A DNA stretch of 64,000 nucleotides from Picochlorum sp. SENEW3 (Eukaryota): the NCBI GenBank assembly GCA_034226945.1, contig CP120463.1:372001-436000 (forward strand). Reading direction: 5' to 3'. This document shows positions 44,226-55,228 of the stretch, in pieces (the stretch's first letter is position 1; each line of letters opens with the position of its first letter). The position numbers and the translations under genes are program-made. Below the pieces are notes generated by a model. The model had not been told where the DNA came from. It made no database searches and saw only the letters and a list, made by a program, of their open reading frames with translations.

Positions 44226-46507
44226 ATGGTCAAGGTATGTAATGGCATATGGGTTTCTTCTCTTGCCTTGTCGTCTGGCCTTTTTTCATGGATGGATGAT
44301 GACGACTGTGACTACTACTCCGTCTGCAGTTTGGGAATTATCTGGAGACAAATCAGCGTCCGGAATGGAAGCCGTATTATATCAATTACAAGGCGCTCAA
44401 GGATCTGATCAAGTTGGGAGCTCAGGAGGCAGCAACAGAGACTGTCGGGCAGGATGGGTCTCCTCGTGAGACGTCTCTGTCTGTTGTCCGTGCTTTCCGA
44501 AAGCAGGATTCTGCAGAGGAGAGATTTTTCAAAAGATTGGAAGCGGAAGTTTCCAAAGTTGGGGCATTTACAGCAGAATTGGTGTCTAGTTTGAGGAACA
44601 AGATGAGCGTGTTGCAGGCAGAGGTTGCCAAGGTGGTGGACAAGTCTCGTGATGATCCGGAGGCAGAGAAGCAGCGTCAAGCCTTATTGGAGGAGGCGAA
44701 AAAATATGCTGATGAGTTTTTAGCTCTAGAGAAATACGTGAATCTGAATTACATGGGATTTCATAAGATTTTGAAAAAGCATGACAAGAATATTCCAACG
44801 GCTCCGTGTCGGCAGTTTTATGTGGCGCATCTGCATAATCAGCCATGGGTCCAGGGTAATTATTCTGATCTGATGGTGCAGTTATCAGTTTTGTATTCTC
44901 AGGTTCGTGGGGATCAGCTTGCAGAGGCGGCAGGTGGGTCTGCACAGGCATTCAAGAGGTCGACAACAAAGTATTGGATCAAGACGGATGATGTGACTGC
45001 GGTCAAGAAAATCATCATTGAGAATATGCCTGTGTTTGTGTTTAATCCAGAGAACTATACCGGGGATTCTCAGCTTGTGAATTCTGTGTATTTTGATAAC
45101 GAGTCTTTGGAGTTGTATCATGGGCGGTTGGATAAAAAGCCTGGAGCTTTGGCTATTCGAATTCGCTGGTATGGTCCCAATGAGCCAAAAGGAAAATCTG
45201 TGTGTTTTGTTGAAAGAAAAACTCATAGGGAATCGTGGAAAGGAGAAAAGTCAATCAAGGAGAGATTCACGCTTCCAGAGGAGAGGATTGTGCCATATAT
45301 TGAAGGGGAGTACACTGTCGAGGAATATGCTGATGGGTTGAGAGCCAAGGGGAAATCCGAGGCGGAAGTTGAAAAAGCGTCTATTTTGTTCATGGAAATT
45401 CAAAGGACTATTGAAGCAAAACAATTGAAACCGTTTGTCCGCACACAGTATATGAGATCTGCATTCCAAATGGGACATGATAGGACCGTGTCATTTACCC
45501 TGGATACAAATCTGATTATGCTGAAAGAGAATCCTGAAGGTCATCCTACATGCTCGTTGTCTGGAAGATGGTATCGAGACCCAAAGCTTCCAATTCACCG
45601 CACTGAGATTACCAAATTCCCTCATGCTGTTTTGGAGATCAAGTTGGCATTGCCTGATGGGGAGGCTCCTCCAGAGTGGGTCCAAAATATGATGTCGTCT
45701 GGTTTGATTACTGAGGTGCATAAAATGTCAAAGTTTATCCACGGTACAGCAGTATTGTTCCCTGAACTTGTGCAAGCAGTGCCATATTGGATTGATGACG
45801 AATCTATCCGTGAGTCCATCAAGCAGAGCGGTCCAGATCCGAATGAAATCAGTTCCTCTGCGTTAGATGCAAATGCAGCAGAGAGACATAGCAGGAAACC
45901 TAGAAGAAGAGGATTGGATCCTGCTGCAACCTTGAATCACCCGCTCTTGGGAGAGGCGCCAACATTGGCACTGATGCAAGGAAGTGGACAGGACAAGGAA
46001 TATATGGAGACACCTTGGTGGAACCCATTCTACAGGCATGATGGACCTAGGACATCAATCCCACAGCGATTAGAACCGAAAACGTTCTTAGCCTCAGAGA
46101 GAACATTCCTCTCGTGGTTGCACATGGCCATCACCTTGTCTTCGATTGCTGCTGCATTGCTTGCATTTGCGTCCACAGCGAAGAAGACAACGGACCCAAT
46201 GCACGCACTGTCCAAAAATCTGGTCGAGTTCATTGCTCTCATGCTTCTCCCACTTGGAGTATTCATCGTTGCCTATGCATTGATGGTCTTCTTGTGGAGA
46301 AATTCTCAAATTGCACTCAAGCAAGCGTCGTACATTGATGACAGGCGAGGACCGTTGCTTTTAGCAACTTTAGTGGTGTCTGCATTAAGTGCAATTTTCG
46401 TTGTGAGTTGCATGGATCTGTATGATCAGATCAACTCTGGCCAATTTACCCCCAGCCCAGCTCCTCCAGTCCCAGCATCACCTCCTGCCATGGAATTCAT
46501 GCACTAA
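44226..46507 (+). CDS. VTC4: SPX-VTC-DUF202 vacuolar transporter chaperone (polyphosphate polymerase VTC4-like); exons 44226-44234 and 44330-46507
   Basis: Spliced start MVK|FGNYLE...EWKPYYINYKALKDLIK (SPX), LNYMGFHKILKKHDK, RSTTKYW, SVYFDN, RIRWYG, FVERKTHRE, FPHAVLEIKL, SKFIHG and EPKTFLASERTFLSW. Confidence 0.88.
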
Positions 46508-46750
46508 TTGTCGCGTGTCACGTCTGATTTTTATTTTGTAACTATGTCAAAAAAAACAGTCAAGATTTTTGTTACAATATGTTGGTAATCGCTCTTGCCA
46601 ATTGAATAGAACTACACTGGATGGTATGATGTGGGAAGGAGTGTGTCAGTGCTACCCCATCATACGTCCATTTTTTCATATCATAAAGTTGTACCATTGC
46701 CAAGAGACACGAGGAATCGAGAGAAAAAGACTACTGTATGGACAAAAGAT

Positions 46751-47925
46751 CTATTCAAGGCCAAGCCTTCGCATGGCTGCCAACGTGTCAGATTTGGGGT
46801 CAGCAGCGGCAGGATTCGAGCTCTGGCCTGCAGCAACGTACTGCTCTCCCCCAGCACTTCTCTTGGGTTGATCTATTTGGTTCTTGGAACCACTTGGTCC
46901 GGCAGCAAGGCCAGGGACTCCGCCTGCCTGCTGTCCAGCAGGACTAGGAGAACTACCTCCTTGCTGTTGATACTTCAGGATTGTCCAATCAAAAACATAA
47001 TCCCAGACGAACCCTTCCCGAACAAACAAATCCCTGAAAAGCTTTCTGAGGTATGAATAGTCCGGTTTATCATCAAATCTCAGCGAACGTGTATACTGGA
47101 AATACACAACAAACTCTGTGGGGAATCCCTTGCACAGAGTCTCTGTAGGAGTCGCCATTTTCTTCTCACTGATCTTCTCATACTTTTGTTTCTTTGTAGC
47201 TGCTTTCAGCCCCTGCCATGGAAGGGACCCCCTCAAAAAGTACATGAGAACATATCCTAGTGACTCCAAATCATCCCTTCTCGACTGCTCAATCCCCAAG
47301 TGTGTGTTAATAGAAGCATACCTTGCTGTTCCTGTCAAGTTCTTATTTTCACGATACGGGATATGAATGTGAGATTTTGGATCCCTATATTTCTTCGCCA
47401 GCCCATAATCTATCATATACACTTGGTTGGCCCGGCGCCCAAGTCCCATGAGAAAGTTGTCTGGCTTGATATCTCTGTGAATAAAGGACTTGGAATGCAA
47501 ATACTCGATACGAGAAAGCATCTGATCCGCAAGCATCAATACAGCTTTCAGGCTAAACTTTCTATTGCAAAAATTGAACAAGTCTTCCAGCGATGGACCC
47601 AACAGGTCAATCACCATGACATTATAGTCTCCCTCTACTCCATACCATCGAATATTTGGAATCCCTGTACCTCCTTGCAGTATTTTATATATCTTTGACT
47701 CGTACAACAGCTGTGGATGCTTTGTCTTTGTAGACTCCAATTTAATTCCAACTTCTTCCCCCGTCAACAAATGCGTTCCAATATAAATATCCCCAAACGA
47801 CCCGGAACCAATCTTCCGTCCCAAACGATACTTGCCCTACAGACACAAAATCAACCGCATTCATACCAGACCATCCCTCACATACACCATATACAACTAT
47901 AACGTACAGCTATGCGAATCTCCAT
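46751..47925 (-). CDS. CK1: Casein kinase I; exons 47908-47925 and 46751-47836
   Basis: [24 protein letters not shown] after splicing a 71-nt intron; also [30 protein letters not shown] and GTARYASIN. Confidence 0.97.
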
Positions 47926-48268
47926 GGCTGATCAATGAACGCGATCAACGAGACAAACCAAAGATCAGCCCTTGTGTGTGCTGTTGTTGCTCTCAAGGAA
48001 AAGAGGGGGGCTCTACTACCGGCGGATCGCACGATACCAAACACTCAAATACACCCGTAGATCACACTAAATATTATCTGAGAATAAAAAAGGACCGTTG
48101 CACAATGAAATACAGCGAGTGATACAACCTCAGAACCCGAGAAGTCGTGATGAGCGTCAGTGACATTCACGCCGTTGCTTCTTTATTGCACCACGTCGCC
48201 CGACTTTAGAGGTCTCTGAACATCAGTGAATTATATCTAATGTAAATGACAGCATTTTGGCAGGATGG

Positions 48269-48366
48269 CAACGAGTGTACAACCCAGGCGACTGGGTTGG
48301 TATGAGAGATCCGCGTTGAGATGACTGGGGTTGATTGTATCCCATCCAACCACACCGTTGACAGAA
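48269..48366 (+). ncRNA. Possible box H/ACA snoRNA
   Basis: CAACG/CGTTG basal stem; upper stem AACCCAG-GCGA-CTGGGTT; AGATGA (ANANNA) at 48319-48324; short second hairpin; ACA at 48361-48363. Pocket arm AGAGATCCG resembles the complement of 5.8S CGGAU(C/A)UCU. Confidence 0.4.
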
Positions 48367-48495
48367 GGCTTTATTCGATCACAAAGTATTCTAAATGCAG
48401 CCGTACGGAATTAAATATATCATCCATCTCACGTTCTTTGCATAGGAACCTGCATGCAAGCCTTCTGAGGTGTAAATATTTTCTAAAAATTCAAT

Positions 48496-50742
48496 ATGTA
48501 CGTTTATATTGCATGCATGCACAGGGATAGAATCTCTTAGGAGGCCGTTCTTGGGTGGATTTGGTGGGGCTGACGGCAGGAAACTGTTTTTGCGCTAGAG
48601 TGGCATTTCTGTCGTTCAATGCCTTGGTTATATTTCATGGTATATATTTAAATGATATACAAAGCATGGAGGTGATGCATTGTCTCTGTTTGTGCAGGGT
48701 GAGTGATTCCAAGAAGAAGCGTTTGGAGAAGAAGGAGAAGAAAGGGAAGGTCAAGCCATCAAAGAGCAAGGGTAGCTCTTTAAATGGATCCACAAATGAT
48801 GTTAATGGCTTGGCTGTCGAGGTGGAGGAGGAGTTGGGGCTGAATGATCGTTCTACGACTGGAGTTCTGACGAGTCATCCCCAGTCTCGTGATATACACT
48901 TTGAGTCGTTCACATTGTTGTTCCACGGGCATGAACTGTTGCAAGATACAAAGCTTGAATTAAATTATGGAAGGCGGTATGGATTATTGGGGCCTAATGG
49001 CTGTGGAAAGTCGACACTGTTGAAGGCATTGGGGGCAAGGGAAGTGGATATTCCAGAACATATTGATATTTACTTTTTGGATAGGGAAATTGCAGCATCT
49101 GATATGACTGCGTTGGAAGCGGTGATGTCTGTAGATGCGGAAAGGACCAAGTTGGAGAAGGAAGCAGAGTATTTGATGGATAAGGAAGGACCAGAAGTGG
49201 AGGCTCGAATGGAGGATATTTATGAGCGCTTGGATGCTTTAGAAAGTGATATGGCTGAGGTTCGAGCTGCTTCTATTCTGCATGGTCTTGGATTTGATAA
49301 AGAAATGCAAGCAAAGAAGACGAGGGATTTCTCTGGTGGATGGAGAATGCGAATTTCCTTGGCTCGTGCATTGTTTGTGGAGCCAACGTTTTTGATTTTG
49401 GATGAGCCGACAAATCATTTGGATTTGGAAGCATGTGTGTGGTTGGAGGATACGCTGAAGAAATGGAAACGTATTTTGTTGCTGGTATCCCATTCACAGG
49501 ATTTCTTGAATGGGGTGTGTACAAATATTATCCACATACATCAGAAGAAGCTCAACTACTACTCAGGTATGTTTGTTGTGTGTGCACTCGTATGTCATGT
49601 TGTACAGAGGGTGGTTCTGGGGGTGATGCAATTTTTTCTATGAGCAGCACGCGGCGGATCAACCGTGTGCTGCACCTGCTGAAAAAACTTTTGCTTGAAC
49701 GCTTGGCTTCTGACCCATGAACAGCGCTCTCTGGTTGCTCTTGTGTATTGTTCAGAGGTGGTCTATGAATGTGCCAATGAGTATATATATTTGATGTTAT
49801 TGTGTAGGTGATTATGATACGTATGTGAGAACCAGACAGGAACTGGAGGAGAATCAGATGAAGAAATACAGATGGGAGCAAGAGCAGATTGCCAATATGA
49901 AGGAGTATATTGCCCGGTTCGGTCACGGAAGTGCCAAGCTTGCACGACAGGCACAGTCAAAGGAAAAGGTGTTGGCCAAGATGGTTCGAGATGGTCTTAC
50001 AGAGAAGGTGGAGACTGAAAAGGTTGTCAAGTTTTCTTTTGAGAATGTTGGTAAATTACCTCCGCCCGTTCTTCAATTCACAGAAGTCACGTTTGGATAC
50101 TCCAAGGATAAAATCCTGTACTCCAATGTGGATCTGGGAGTAGATTTGGATTCCCGCGTTGCTATTGTTGGACCAAATGGAGCAGGAAAATCAACACTCC
50201 TGAAATTGATGACTGGAGATTTAGAACCACTTGATGGTATGGTGAAAAGGCACAATCACCTCAAGATTGGACAGTATCATCAGCATTTGACCGAACTCTT
50301 ACCGTTGGACAAGTCCCCTCTTCAGTACATGACGGAACAATATGGACAAGATATGGGAGAGGAGAAGATGAGAGCAGCAATCGGTAAATTCGGAATCACA
50401 GGAAAGAACCAGACAATGGCGATGAGAAAATTGTCTGATGGTCTGAAATCCCGTGTTGTTTTCGCATGGCTAGGATACAGACGCCCTCACATGCTGCTAC
50501 TGGATGAGCCTACGAATCATCTTGATATGGAGACGATTGATTCTTTGGCAGAGGCCATTAATGATTGGGATGGTGGATTAGTGCTCGTATCGCATGATTT
50601 CCGACTCATTTCTCAGGTTGCAAACGAAATTTGGACTGTGGCTGATGGAACAGTCACTAAATGGGATGGAGACATTATACAATACAAGGACTACCTGCGC
50701 CAGCGCAGTGCAGCACTTGAAAACAGACAGGATCTCAATTAA
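48496..50742 (+). CDS. ABCF2: ABC-F family ATPase (ABCF2/ARB1-like); exons 48496-48497, 48698-49566, 49808-50742
   Basis: Two NBDs (GPNGCGKS...FSGGWRMR...LDEPTNHLD and GPNGAGKS...LSDG...LDEPTNHLD), [18 protein letters not shown] linker, no TM segments. Splicing AT|G gives the start MVSDSKKKR. Confidence 0.93.
49618..49717 (+). ncRNA. Intronic box C/D snoRNA candidate in ABCF intron 2
   Basis: TGGG/CCCA terminal stem, C GTGATGC 49623-49629, D' ATGA 49640-49643, hairpin GCAGCACGCGG/CCGTGTGCTGC, C' TGCTGA 49677-49682. The 13-nt guide TGAACGCTTGGCT 49696-49708 complements LSU AGCCAAGCGUUCA; D CTGA 49710-49713. Confidence 0.82.
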
Positions 50743-51019
50743 CCTCGTGTATTCAAGAGAAAGACTTGTGTACATGAGTTCAATAAAGAAGAAGCGATTT
50801 CATTCAGCACACAATATCTTACTGCATCTACATCAGAATTGGTGACTTTGTAAACATCGATTGCATACATACCTTTGTATGTACTACTTAGGCAAGCCTT
50901 GGCTAGTATGAACGTATTAGTACTACCTTCGCCACCGTAAGGGGCTGGAATTGAAATCATTATTTTTCTTCCCTGATTACAGTCAATTAATATCTAAATG
51001 TATAAAATGTGAAATATCG

Positions 51020-51706
51020 ATGCTTTCTCTCTCGAAAGCCGGCGACAACGACAGTTTGCTAGCTCTCCTAGAACAAGAAGGTGGTGACCCAAATGTCACA
51101 GAAGATCCTGAGGGTCACACGTGCCTCATGGCAGCTGCCTCTGCTGGTCACCTACATACAGTAGAGTTACTTGTATGCAAAGGAGGCGATGTAAATCAAA
51201 CGTGCACGTATGGCCGCACGGCTTTGTTTTGGGCAGCGAGCAAGGGGCATGCTCACATTGTCAGGAATCTTATAGACCACGGTGCTCATGTACAGCTGTT
51301 CAGCACGTGTAGCGATCGAACGACACCACTAATAACAGCGTCACATCGTGGTCATACTGATGTAGTATCAGTTCTGCTTGAACATCCTGCATGTGATGTA
51401 GATGCAACAAATGCGTATGGAGAGACTGCTCTAATAGCAGCTGCCTCATATGGTCACCTGGGAATTGTTCGCGCTCTTCTTTCGGCACATGCATCAGTCA
51501 ATATTGCTCAGAAATATGGTGCGACACCTATATTCTGTGCTGCCGCATACGGCCATTATGAAATTGTGCAGGAATTGATAGCACATGATGCCGACACCAA
51601 CAGACCCAACTCCAACGGAAATACCCCTGTGTCTATTGCCACACGTAAAGGCCACCATGATATCGTGAGGCTTCTTCTCACCGCCGATAGAGCTGCGAAG
51701 GAATAG
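51020..51706 (+). CDS. Ankyrin-repeat protein (~6-7 repeats)
   Basis: Repeated G.T.L..AA..GH...V..L motifs. Confidence 0.9.
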   Translation: MLSLSKAGDNDSLLALLEQEGGDPNVTEDPEGHTCLMAAASAGHLHTVELLVCKGGDVNQTCTYGRTALFWAASKGHAHIVRNLIDHGAHVQLFSTCSDRTTPLITASHRGHTDVVSVLLEHPACDVDATNAYGETALIAAASYGHLGIVRALLSAHASVNIAQKYGATPIFCAAAYGHYEIVQELIAHDADTNRPNSNGNTPVSIATRKGHHDIVRLLLTADRAAKE

Positions 51707-51785
51707 CAGCAGAACTGGTGGTATGGAATACAAGAAACCACAACTGTCTCCACAACAGTGTGTCTGTAATAACACGATGTAGTTT

Positions 51786-52157
51786 TCATCTGTCGCCGAA
51801 CAATTTCTTCTTCAACTCATCCTTCTCCATCTGTTCTTTCTCCCGTCGTTCAATCCTATTCCTCTCCCGAAGCACAACCTGTGCCCAATATACAATAGGA
51901 GGGATGGATGCCACCATTGCTGCAACAACCACATTAGAATCAACCCGTGGTGCAAACTCTGCCTCGTGAGCTACAACAAGGAACCCCTCTATCCCACTCC
52001 GACACACCAGTGTGCTATGCTTGGGGTCCTGTCTGGTACACAGATGGAGGTGACTGAGGCCTTGCTGCAGAGACCTTGTGTGGACCAGTTGGCCACTCGA
52101 GCATGTACCCTGGTTTGACGGGCACCGAATCGCATTGAACGTGTTAAGCAACATCAT
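51786..52157 (-). CDS. Small hypothetical protein, probably plastid-targeted with one TM helix
   Basis: Transit-peptide-like N-terminus, hydrophobic VVVAAMVASIPPIVYWAQVVL and a charged tail. Confidence 0.6.
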   Translation of the reverse strand: MMLLNTFNAIRCPSNQGTCSSGQLVHTRSLQQGLSHLHLCTRQDPKHSTLVCRSGIEGFLVVAHEAEFAPRVDSNVVVAAMVASIPPIVYWAQVVLRERNRIERREKEQMEKDELKKKLFGDR

Positions 52158-52457
52158 TCTTTATTTTGTTCAATACTATAGCTGTAGTAGACACCAATGC
52201 GCTTGCATGTGGAAATTCATTTGAACTTGAGACGAATCGTGTCTGAATTTTCTGTGGATCGATCAACGTGATCCCCTGACCGATTGATTGCGATATCCAA
52301 ACGCTGACTTGTTGTAATAAAGATTTAAAAATCCTTCGCGGCTTTCCACCCACATGTGGGCATGTACATGCCAAGGGATTCAATGCAACCCTGTGGCAAT
52401 CAAAGATACTCTCAAAAATATTGAATTGCATGCGTTCCAAAACCATAGCATCTACAT

Positions 52458-52805
52458 ATGATACGGTTACGGTATTTTGAGCATTTCCTGCAGCCATTAC
52501 ACGCTTCTAGATGGTGCAGAGGTGTTGCCTCGCTCCAGAACAAGAGTCAGGTGCTCGCTGCGTCTGGACCCTTGGAGCAGGATGGCGTTGACATATTCAC
52601 CAGGAAGCTTCAGCAGAAGACAGAAATGGAGCTAGAGGAACTTGTAGAACGTCGGGAATCTACTTTGGGTGACTCGACGTCAGCTGAGACGGATTTGGAA
52701 GAAGACAGGACAGAGGGTGCCGTGAAGGAGATTGGTGGACCACAGGGACCAGAGCCCACTCGATTTGGAGATTGGGAACGAGCTGGGCGCTGTTCTGACT
52801 TTTAG
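52458..52805 (+). CDS. SDHAF4: Succinate dehydrogenase assembly factor 4 (DUF1674)
   Basis: C-terminal EIGGPQGPEPTRFGDWERAGRCSDF signature; presequence-like N-terminus. Confidence 0.93.
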   Translation: MIRLRYFEHFLQPLHASRWCRGVASLQNKSQVLAASGPLEQDGVDIFTRKLQQKTEMELEELVERRESTLGDSTSAETDLEEDRTEGAVKEIGGPQGPEPTRFGDWERAGRCSDF

Positions 52806-52830
52806 AATAGTCATAGAATGTATATTGTTA

Positions 52831-55125
52831 CTAGCTAATATAGAGTTCATGTGCTGTCAACTGCTTTTGAGCATTCATATCAAGGAACCCATTGTAATTG
52901 AGTTTGAGAAGTAATCTCCTAATGGCTTCACCTCGTCGTTTCGACTGCAGCTGATTCGATTGTAGCAGCTGATAAAACACATTATACTTTGCTAAGAACG
53001 AGGCGTACATATCATCAAATCCTTGATCTGAACCAGATGTACTGAGTGTATTCAGATCTTTTACGAATGAAAACATTGCCTCCAGGACACCCATGACTTG
53101 TTTCACATCCAAACATGACACCTCGATAATATCAGTGAGATACTCTTCGTGCTTTAATTCTGCATCGATCAGAGATGACGATGTCGATAGAATATCATGA
53201 ATTCTGCTCGAACTATGTGAAACAATCTCAGATTGAAGAAACATGGCATAGGTAGATAGCAAATGATATAGCTGATGATGCATTGCTACCATCTTCCTTC
53301 CAGTTGATTTCACTCTTGATTTTCTCATTTCCTGCCTCACTGTTTTCATGGTGTATAATGCTCTACTGAGTCTGAACATGAGCTGCCAGAGAGCGCCATA
53401 CCGCCTTGTGAATTTGACAGGAAACACCAAATGCATTGGCCATTGCATGGTATATTCAATGCATAAACCGTCCCATTCATCATACGATGGAACAAAAATA
53501 GTATCATCATATGCTGGATGCCATACAGGGAGTAATTGAGAAGGGTTTGTCACATCATACCATACCATGCTGAAGTTGTCCAACTCTCCCGTGTCACCCA
53601 CATGAAACATGGCCTCTTGGAATGAACACGACGCACAGGCAGACGCCCTCTCAGGTACAGGCGGTTCTGTATATATTGTCGAGTCGTTCATCCTCTCGAT
53701 TAAATCTGCATATAAAGCTCCTCTATTCTGCAGAATCAGATCTACAAAACTGCCAATTTGTCCCTCAATATTTCCATAGGCATACATCTCGTTCCACACC
53801 ATCTCAGATAATTGAACCTTTCTATCATACACAAGTTTCTTCACATATGCCCAATCAATCAAGTCTTTCGAAAATGCGCCCCATAATCGACGCCCAAAAG
53901 TATCCTCTACAGACAAGCTTCCCTGTGTTGCATGCTGGAATGAGTCAAGTATCCGAGTGTACTGCCCCACATACAAAATATCACGAGCCAACCCTAACGA
54001 TACGACACCAGGAATCCTTGAGGATAATATATTTGCAGACTGAGACGCTTGAGCCAGTCGAATATGCTGATTCATACCCCTCTTCCCTGCATGCGAATAC
54101 TGTGGACCCTTGACCCCTTCAATATGAATAAAAAAGTCATTTGATGGATCCAAAAGCCTTCCATACACAGCCCACGAGTATATCTGTTTACATAAAACCT
54201 GATAACAATGCCATCTGATTCTCTCTGAACACCCTTCTACGATTGGAATGCCAGTCTGGGCATTCTGCTCAAACAGATGAAGAACCTCTGCTCCAATCAT
54301 TGCATCCTCCGAATCCTTCAATACATGTACCTGACGAGCCAGAAATGGAAATAATTCAAAAAACTCACTCAAAGCCCTCTCCAGTGGAAACATGGACCGC
54401 AAACAGTTTGCAGAAACAACACATTCCTCCAACTTGACCACAGCATCCCTATACACATCCAACACCTCCATCAACCCTTGGCCCACAGCCGCATGATACG
54501 GCATCGACACCCGTAAAGCACCGTCTTTCAGCACATCTACATGGCTGTGAGCATACTCGGATAAAACCCGGTAGTACGAGCCCAGCATGACAATCCGGTT
54601 CAACTGTTCCCGTTCAGCACTCGTCACCCAGTCTACATTCTCTGACAACTCTAAGCGATACGTCACTCGACCACATCCCTCTCCATTCATAGGTTCAGTA
54701 GAAACACTGTCATCCTTGTCCTGGCTGCCCTGTGTGTCAAAAGAATCGTCTTCTATTCGATTCCAGACAAAAGCACCCCCTCCACAGCCAACCAGACCGA
54801 GTAAGAGCTCAGGAATGAGATTCTTCCAACCAGGTACATCATCTATACCTTCATATTGTGTCATTGTATTTTTGATATCAGACAAGCGCCTGTTCTGGAC
54901 ACTTGAATGGCCTCCAGTTGATTTTAATGTTCTATTTACAGACATATCCATCCATCCAGATGGATAGACCAATAGGAGTGTATTCAGTGCCAAGGAGAGA
55001 CCATGCACGTATTCTAATCTATAATAATAGTCTTGATTGTACGGATTCCTACGTGGTACAGCAGTTAACGGTTGATAAAAGTCTTCGCAGTGGGATCGAT
55101 TGAACATTTCTTTGTTCAACAGCAT
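52831..55125 (-). CDS. GCP4: Gamma-tubulin complex component 4 (true start probably at a downstream ATG)
   Basis: LIPELLLGLVG, YRDAVVKLE, SWAVYGRLLDPSNDFFI, ILYVG, YTMQWPMHLVF...YGALWQLMFRL and C-terminal LLLKLNYN. Confidence 0.85.
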   Translation of the reverse strand: MLLNKEMFNRSHCEDFYQPLTAVPRRNPYNQDYYYRLEYVHGLSLALNTLLLVYPSGWMDMSVNRTLKSTGGHSSVQNRRLSDIKNTMTQYEGIDDVPGWKNLIPELLLGLVGCGGGAFVWNRIEDDSFDTQGSQDKDDSVSTEPMNGEGCGRVTYRLELSENVDWVTSAEREQLNRIVMLGSYYRVLSEYAHSHVDVLKDGALRVSMPYHAAVGQGLMEVLDVYRDAVVKLEECVVSANCLRSMFPLERALSEFFELFPFLARQVHVLKDSEDAMIGAEVLHLFEQNAQTGIPIVEGCSERIRWHCYQVLCKQIYSWAVYGRLLDPSNDFFIHIEGVKGPQYSHAGKRGMNQHIRLAQASQSANILSSRIPGVVSLGLARDILYVGQYTRILDSFQHATQGSLSVEDTFGRRLWGAFSKDLIDWAYVKKLVYDRKVQLSEMVWNEMYAYGNIEGQIGSFVDLILQNRGALYADLIERMNDSTIYTEPPVPERASACASCSFQEAMFHVGDTGELDNFSMVWYDVTNPSQLLPVWHPAYDDTIFVPSYDEWDGLCIEYTMQWPMHLVFPVKFTRRYGALWQLMFRLSRALYTMKTVRQEMRKSRVKSTGRKMVAMHHQLYHLLSTYAMFLQSEIVSHSSSRIHDILSTSSSLIDAELKHEEYLTDIIEVSCLDVKQVMGVLEAMFSFVKDLNTLSTSGSDQGFDDMYASFLAKYNVFYQLLQSNQLQSKRRGEAIRRLLLKLNYNGFLDMNAQKQLTAHELYIS

Positions 55126-55228
55126 ACAGTGAACGGATTATTCTAGTATTAGTCACTTTATATTCATATTTTTAAATTGCATACTACAGAAGCACAGGGA
55201 AGTGCTGAAGAAGGCAGATACGAGTATC

